DNA from: Lepidodermella squamata
Lineage: Eukaryota; Animalia; Gastrotricha
Assembly: GCA_047495785.1 (NCBI GenBank)
Contig: JBLDXI010000009.1
Coordinates: 1,178,001-1,242,000 of the forward strand
Reading direction: 5' to 3'
DNA length: 64,000 bases
Shown: positions 56,069 through 64,000 of the stretch, in pieces
Layout: every line of letters starts with the position of its first letter
Numbering within the stretch: position 1 is the stretch's first letter
Made by a program: the position numbers and the translations under genes
The notes under the pieces: model-generated
What the model was told of the DNA's origin: nothing
The model's input: only the letters and a program-made list of their open reading frames with translations
Databases searched by the model: none

Positions 56069-58574
56069 GATTCTGGAAAGAATATTGAAAAAGAAGCCAT
56101 TAGCCATTAGCAAATATTATTTGAATGTTTCGGCTTCTGAGACACAGTTGAAGTATTTATGGCGGGTCCTTGACATTATTTGATGCAACCAAGGAGCAAG
56201 GAGTTACAACCAAGTATTGAAATTAGGATGCTTATCTTTACTTAATTTTAAAAGATCTCAGTAAGAAGTAAGAGGTAAGAGAGACGTAGAGAAGGAGAGC
56301 CAAACTGGCGATCGAGTTTTAATTCCACGGAGAGATTGCGGTTTAGATATCTATCTCCGGCAATTTAGATCAAGCTAGATTGCTAACTTTTTAACGATGG
56401 CTTTGCCAGAGGCTCCCAGACAGCCTTGCCCTGCCGGTTTTTCGTGCGAAGAATGTTGCAGAAAGCGCGCGCAAATTTTAGATGAATGTTTTTCAAATTA
56501 TAATTTGTTAGAACAATCAGTGTTTGCTTAAAATTAGAAAATTAAAAAAATTTGAAATTACTGATTAAGTTTTAAAATTATTTCAACTGCAAGCAAGGGT
56601 AGCAATCTGTAGAGCGAATTATTCAAAGTGCCGACTTTTTTCTTGTTACTTTATGCTGCTGGTTAATGGTTAATGCGCAGCCACGAAGAGCAAGAGAGCT
56701 GAAAAAATGCCGATTTTTTGCTGTAGCTGGTACCTTTCTACCTTGTTTGCCACCAATTGTTTAATATTATTCATCGTTCTATATATTCTATATATTTTAC
56801 ATTCCTTGACTGATTCATTACTATGTTATTCACTTGCGTCTTCGTAAAGTTCGCATAGGAATTGATTTTCGTTTTAGCCGCTCTTGATATTCAAGTTTTC
56901 TCATAATTTCTTCATAATTTTACTCGTTGAGAGATATTATGATCATCATCAAATGTGAGGAATGTACACCGTACACCGTTTCTTGTGAGGTGCTGGTAAT
57001 GAATTCTGCGTATCGATTTTCAAGCCGATTTTAATTTCGTTGGTAAAACCGTGCTCTGAGAGAGGTAGATTCAGGTTCGAGGAGCATGGTTCTACGAATG
57101 GAACTGGATGAGAATTTTCGAATTCTGAGGTTTTCATTTATCATAGCAGATTTGAAGCATATAATATGTATAACATTGTTGAGTTTTTAAGTTCATGGAA
57201 TTTCTGCTCAGATGAATTGTAAATTGTAGGCTTTTGCATTATGCTGAACTGATCATTAGAATGATCACGAATATTTTGTCGATGATATTCAGACTTTGGA
57301 ATATTTGAATGTTTGAAGATAAGAATATTTGCGAAGTGCTGATTAACATTCAGGTGTATCTTGGACGAACAACTATTTAAAGAAAACATTCTGAAAGAAA
57401 TGCTTTTCATTCATCTTTACGTGGTGCATGCTGCTCATTTTTCTCTGATTTTTGCCCTAGTTTCATGAATATTCATATTCCTCGAACCTGCTATCATATA
57501 TCATCCGAGCTATCTTAAGCCCTTTAAATTACATCATTCAAGACTGTTTTCGAATACAGTGTCATCTCATAAGAGCGCTTAAATGCAACAAACAATTTCA
57601 CCGTGCGTTGTCCTGGAATGACCAGCATGCGACTGTCGTGCTTGGTTGCTTGGCTCCCCATTTTATAATAGATATTTTCTCGTAATTGTTTGAATCGCGA
57701 TTTATCATTGCCCAAAAATATACCATGAGTTGCCACCGCTCCTTGGAGGAGTAGAATTACCTCAATTATTACAATTCTTCAACGTAACGCTAAATTTGAA
57801 TGTTAAATTTTTTCAGATACTTGATCTAGGGGCTTCGGTTGACAATCACTGTCGTCCCGGATGCATTTTTTAATTTATAAACTTGGTTTGCTGTTTTGAC
57901 ATAATACCCAGCAAGCGGTTACCCATTGTTTACTTAATCATCAGCAGGATCGGCTTTTTAATGCTTTAGTCGATCCCGGTGATTCATGATCTCTTTGATC
58001 GCTGTTCTTGTTGATGGCTCCTCTATTCCGCTGGCAACCTGCCCAAATTTATTTGTTCCCCTGTCTGATGTGAAGGTCGTTGAGCGCGAATCGTGTTTTG
58101 TAATGCTTCGATTCTGCGAACGTAATGAGCGGAGTGTCTGGTTCGGAAAAAAAATAAACTGTTATCGTGAATAGATATTACGTTGAGGCATTCAAGTTAT
58201 TTTATATATATCTCTATTTATGTACTGCGTATTATATTAAGCATTGCGGTATATAGTTATTAATGCCCGCAGCTCTTTGGATCGCATTTCCATATACGGC
58301 AAAGCGCTTGTTGCGTGCATGCAGATAATCAGTGCGTGAATAAGGCCTCGGAGGACTTTAGAACCACATAAATACTTGGTAGGTGTTTCTAATGGCTGTT
58401 CTTGTTTCAATGTTAGCAATTCACCGTCTTTCGCGTTACGTATCGCGTTTATTCATACTAAAAATTGGCCTTACCGCTAACACTTCTCATGTTTTATGGT
58501 TGCATAAATTATTATGACCATTCTTCCTCAATAGGAAATTTATTATTGTCGTCAGCTTATCGTCTTCATTTATC

Positions 58575-61500
58575 ATGGCTCAGTTTGTTCGCCAGTCAAA
58601 ATTTCGACATGTCTTCGGGCAGGCTTTCAAAAAAGAGCAGTGTTTCGATAACGTCCGCATTACTAAGAGTGCTTGGGATGGCCCATTTTGCGCGGCTAAT
58701 CCTAAGTGGCTTGCTTGTCTAAGTGACGCTAATGGATCGTCAGCGTTTTACGTGATTGATTTGAGCAAAACTGGGCGCCTTGACGTCGAAACGCCCATGG
58801 TCAGTGGGCACAAGGGACCAGTTTTGGAGTTGCAATGGTTTGTTGTTTTCATCCTGACGAAATTTCGACGGTTTAATTGCACATTTCCGCTCATTGTTTT
58901 CTAGGTGCCCTCACGATGATGACGTGATAGCGTCGGCCGGCGAGGACTGCGTCGTTAAAGTTTGGCGTATTCCTAGCGAGGGTCTCACTAAGAACCTCAT
59001 CGACCCTGTCGTGAGTTTGTCAGGTCACCAGCGCCGCGTTGGCTCGCTGTGTTGGCATCCTACCGCTGCGAACGTGCTCGTTTCGGCGGGACAAGAAGGC
59101 AGGCTCATTGTGTGGGATGTTTCTAAAGCGCAAGCCACCATTGTGTTTGATCTTCCGGCCTTCGCGCTCAGCATGTCCTTCAATTGCATCGGCTCAAAGT
59201 TGGCCGTTACGTGCAAGGACAAGTTTTTACGCGTTATTGATATCCGCAACAAGAAGATCATTCAGGTCTGCTTTTATTCGGCTGAAGTGACGCATAAAAT
59301 TGAAACAATTAATTTATGAATTAAGGAGGGTCAAGCACATGAGGGCTCGAAGCCGTCTCTTTGCACTTTCATTCGCGACGATCGCATTTTTACAACCGGT
59401 TTCAGTAAAATGAGCAAACGCTGTTTCTCCCTGTGGAATGACGTACGAAATATCAAATGAAAAAAACCTGAAATTTTGCTAACAATGATTTGATTACAGA
59501 AAGACTTGTCGAAGCCGATTATTTCCGATGAAATCGACTCTTCAAACGGAACCTTGTTCCCTTATTACGACTACGATCTTAGCTTGCTGTTTTTGATTGG
59601 CAAGGTTGCTATTGTGGTGCCTACTCAAGACCATCGTAATTTTATTCCAATTTCAGGGCGACTCGCAGATTCGCTATTTCGAAATTACTAACGAGGCTCC
59701 GTTCGTTCACTATTTGAGCTCGTTTTCGTCGAATGAGCCGCAACGAGGCTTCGGTTACATGCCGAAACGAGGCGTCAATGTGACTGTCAATGAAGTTGTC
59801 CGCATCTTTAAAATGCACGCAAAGAACTGGGTCGAAGTGATCCAGTTTATGGTCCCGCGTAAATCGGAAATGTTTCAGGACGATCTGTTCCCTGACACAG
59901 TTTCAGACGAGCCAGCTCTGACTGCTGACCAATGGTTCGCTGGCCAGGACGCAGAGCCGTGTTTGGTATCTATGCGCGAAGTCGGTCAACGTTACGGACC
60001 TGGCAAGCCGTTGCAAAACAGAATTTTATCTTCGGGTTGCGTTCAAGCATCGACCCCGGTTTCACTGCCGCCACTGCCTACCCCGGTCGCTGAACCGAAC
60101 AATCGGTGGTCGACGTTCAGCAACTCGAACAGCGGTTCGACGAACAATTTACAGACGACTGTTAGCGGCGATTCGGCCCACGCCTCTCGCAATCACTCGA
60201 AAGAGCCATCGCCGGCTGCCCAGCTGCCGGTCGCGCCGTCACCGAAGCCGGTCGCTACGCCTCGAATCGCCGAGGTTCCGCATTCGAACGGAAATCACAC
60301 AAACGGATCGTCTTACACCGCGCCTCAGCCAGTTCAATCTAATAACTTGCAAGTTTCTAGCCATACGGACGAAACTGACTCGAGGACATCCCCTGCCATC
60401 CCACCGGTTAGTTTTCAAAATTAGTGCCTGGCGAAACATTGCTAGAAAATCGAAGGAAAATTTCTTTTCATGATTTCTAAATGGCGCTTTTAGAGTTAGC
60501 CATAGCGCGCTTCTGGGCAATGAATTTTAACAAGTCTCATTATATTGTTTCGCTCGTTGATATGTGCTTTGTCTTCTTCTCTCCGCTTCCCTGTTATAAA
60601 GGACTTTGATTTCCATGCCGTTCAAAACGACATAAAAAAACTGAAAATCATCGCAAAAGGGCAAGAGTCGCGTATTAAGTCTGTAGAAGACCGGTGCAGC
60701 CACACGGGTGGCACCACGGCCGACGACTCGTCGCCATCGTCGCTGAACGAACGGCTCGTGTCGGCACTCGCCGAACTCGAGCACCGCATCCACGACCGGT
60801 ACGCGCAGATCATGACGGAGCAAGAGCGGCGCATCAAGATGCTGGAAGAGCGCGTCGCCCGCCTGTCACTCGCCGCCTCGCGCGACGCCGCCGCCTACTA
60901 CGACGGCAATGAGGTTGCTGACGACGATGATGTTCACGTCTGAAACTACCAATACTAAAGTCGTGAAACTCAAGCCCACTCATCAATTTTGTTCCTAAAC
61001 TACTACTAAATATAGCCCAGGCTAGTTGGTTGCGGTGTCAACCGAAATTATTTTTGCTCAAGTTATTTTCTGCCCTGTGTTTTTCGCTCGCTTTTTTCAA
61101 TCAAAACGCACTTTTCCGAATGCACTGCTGCTGGTTTGATACCTTGAACGCATGTTTGCCTCGTGCTGCTTCATTAAGCCGGGCTAAATAACAGCTAGAC
61201 AGTACAATGTAAGACGGTTCTGGTTGGGCGCATAGATGTAGTAGGCTCACTACGGAAAAACAAACACTGCCGTCTGCCAACCAGGCTGCTGCTTCTTCAC
61301 TGCTTTTGTCTGCTTATACGCACATTTCCGCTATATATGTATGTGATGTTGCACCTTTCTATCACGTTTCCATTCAACCGACCCACGCACTGTTTCTCGG
61401 GCCAGGGTTCTGTTTTAGAAACATATGGTGGTTGGGCTTTTGTACACTATCAATAGTATGTTGTATACCTGTATATTTGCTTAATCGGGGCAAAAAATAA

Positions 61501-62072
61501 CAGTAATAAATCTGCCGGCTTGAAGTGTTTAGGTAATAGATGGAAATAGGCAATTTGCTGTGGTCTTTTGCGTTGCTCTCTATCCTCCAACCTCCCATTA
61601 CCATAACAAAAATCTTGACGTGAATAAATAACACTACTCAAGTATTTATGTTGTAATCTCGCGTGAATTAATTTGTGTTTTCTTTTCTGTGTGATTTTGA
61701 TAAATGCAGGTTCAAGCTAGTCCACGCACCCCACACCAACAACAACAACAGCAGCAGCCTTCGCCACAACTGCAACAGCAGCTCATCGATACGATTGCCG
61801 GCCTCACCGCCCAACTGACTCAGCTCACGTCGCGCTTCGCCTCGCTCGAGTCGCGCCTCGAAAATGTCGAGAAGCTACTCGTGGCGCAGTCAGCTAGTAG
61901 GAACGACGGCGGAAAAGTCGCTGCCGCCGCCCTGGACAACGCCACACAGGCCGTTTCTTCGCCACCGACCAGCCCCGAGTCAACCAACGAAATTCACCCG
62001 CAGCCTGATAACGAGGTCGAAACTGCTAGCCCTGAAAAAGCCGAACCCGTTAAATCTACGGCTGAATTTTAA
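58575..62072 (+). CDS. coro: Coronin (short, type I-like) with alternative terminal exons 60602-60943 or 61710-62072
   Basis: Motifs: [17 protein letters not shown]40 repeats ([38 protein letters not shown]), [59 protein letters not shown] Pro/Ser linker leads to the donor at 60406. Confidence 0.95.
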
Positions 62073-63707
62073 GAGATGATTAGAAAAATCGTAAAAAATG
62101 AGTCGATTTTCAAAATTGCCGCTTCGTCGATGATCGTACGCGTGGTGCTTGCTCTGTAAACTACTCTCGTGGCTATTTTATGTTAAATCTAGCGGAATAT
62201 TTTCGGCGCTTTACCTTTCCCGAATTCGAATGCCAAATCGCTGCGGTAAATAAAATCAGCATAGACACACGCGTATTGTTATTTTCTTGTGATACAGAGG
62301 CTTGCTACGTATTATCACCATGAATATATTCGAGAAAAAATCGCACCAGTAGAGAAACGCATGACACAAATTGCGAGGCAAATTTTTCACTATATTCGCT
62401 ATCTATACATTACGTTTGTTCATCGGTGGTTGTGCGCTGTTGCCCCTCATCAGTTATTACTGTTATTATTTATTTTAGCACTGTCTTATCAGATTCGACC
62501 ACTACCATCATGTTATTGGCTTGCTTCTGATTTCTCCACGTTTTATTTTGAAGCTCTATAATCGCCGTTGCTATTGTAGTTTAATCTATACACGTAATGA
62601 TTTTTTCGATCTTTCTCTTGGGCGCGAGCTTGCTTCAATTCGTTTCTTGAATTTATTTGCGATTGTCGAGCATCACCTTTTCTTCTGTTGTCTTCCGAGC
62701 CTTCTTTTCTACTCAGTTATTACCACTGATTATATTACGCTATTCTACAATTCTACATCGATTCTTACAATAATAACCTTCGCAATTCTCGGTTATTTTC
62801 GTTTTATTCATCATCGATCAGTTGCACAAATTATTCATTCTATAAATTATATGTTTTGCCGCTCCCAAGTCATCGTTTCTAGCTCTTTTTGATTTCGAAG
62901 CCGGAACTTCGGAGTTGAAAGAAACGCGCCGCATGTGTAAATAAAAATCAAGTCGTTCCTGTTTCTTCCTTCTTCTTCAGTTTATCTAAACACGGTGAAG
63001 ACAAGTATATAATATCGATTATTGTAATTATTATTGTAACGATAAAATAACAAAGCGTCGTAGCCAGACTGTTAGCTGTTTTTTTTATCAAGTCTAATAG
63101 CTGATTGTTGTGCAATCATGTTGTGTGTCGGTGTTCAAAAAAGAGTAATAACTACTATCTGTGCTTCCTACCTTTTCGACCGGCTAATTGACAGTAATAA
63201 TTATAATTTGATTTCGCAAAGCATCGAACAGTAATTAACCGTACACCTCATGCCTGGAAAAAATGTTGGCTGTAAAACATACTATTGTGCGCGTGTCATC
63301 GCCACGCTTAACAGCTGAAAAAAAATTACTCAATATAATCCGAATTATTACTTATTTGTTGCTGATGCGTCTATCAAAACCAGTCAACTTTCTTTTCTTT
63401 AATTATTTCTGCTCTGCGTTGTTCTATCATTCGGCTTTGTTACAAACAAGTCCGTGGTCTTTGTCTTAAAACTGCTTGACCGATTATTATTATTATTATT
63501 ATAGAAAGAGAAGCCCGAGTTTTTGAGAATTGACAAGAGAAATCGCACGCCCGCAAAAAAAAACTGCGGAAGGTGAAACTTGATAATAATTTAGTAATTA
63601 TTCATTTAAATTGTAGACGGAAACAATAAAATTGCTAAACGATCAAAAACTGGGTGTTTTTTTGGTTGCGTAACTTTGAAAAAGGCGCGTGTTCCGAAGA
63701 TCGCGTG

Positions 63708-64000
63708 TCACGTTTGAGGCACGCGAATCTCGCAGTGCAAACGATACGAAGGAAAATGTGGCTGCTGAAACATGTTCGCGCGCTCTAAATACAGTGTGTT
63801 TCTTTCGTTTAAGATGATGGTCAACAAAAGCGCGTCAGCTACGTAAAAGGTTGTGTTGTGTCTGGGCCACAATGCTAATTCTGCTGAGGTGAATGAGCGA
63901 CGAACGAGCGCAGAAACTGTTGGCATGTACTCCACTATGTTTTTGCCTTGTCTATAGAAATTTAGCAGCGGCCCAGCTTTGCCTCTAAACTTCAGCTTCT
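63708..64000 (-). CDS. 3' end of an unidentified ORF entering from the right edge
   Basis: The frame is open from the window edge (KLKFRGKAGPLLNFYRQGKNIVEYMPTV...EIRVPQT*), about 96 codons, convergent with the coronin 3' UTR. Confidence 0.45.
   Translation of the reverse strand, partial: KLKFRGKAGPLLNFYRQGKNIVEYMPTVSALVRRSFTSAELALWPRHNTTFYVADALLLTIILNERNTLYLERANMFQQPHFPSYRLHCEIRVPQT

Noticed and set aside
56900-57750. ORFs 56949-57137, 57141-57410 and 57524-57736
   Set aside because: AT-rich with no motifs or splice chain. Likely intron or repeat debris in the coronin 5' region.

Overview
Eukaryotic DNA from a compact invertebrate (metazoan) genome, not a prokaryote. Genes are split by many 45-60 nt GT-AG introns. 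Two developmental genes (cut/CUX, NLK) have long low-complexity introns and UTRs. Gene order: HFM1/Mer3 copy A (-, runs off the left edge, one frameshift just before DEAH); HFM1/Mer3 copy B (-, open frame but catalytically dead, RecA2 domain deleted); cut/CUX1-CASP dual-product locus (-, three CUT repeats but no recognisable homeodomain); FANCJ/BRIP1 (-); class I PITP (+); a patch of MITE/SINE-like relics; a 95-aa orphan ORF (+); NLK (-); a Ly6/three-finger GPI protein (-); Ran (+, with an intronic C/D snoRNA); a Tantalus/PRR14-like gene, NUP188 and DNAJA3 (all -, about 100-150 bp apart, operon-like); coronin (+, two alternative coiled-coil terminal exons); and the 3' end of an unidentified - strand ORF. 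Best leads: the dead Mer3 paralog next to a frameshifted catalytic copy, the homeodomain-less Cux with a dense ATC(G/A)AT cluster in its own intron, and the probable trans-spliced operon. Exon boundaries were inferred by hand. Family assignments rest on remembered motifs, and no database search was run. The species cannot be determined.
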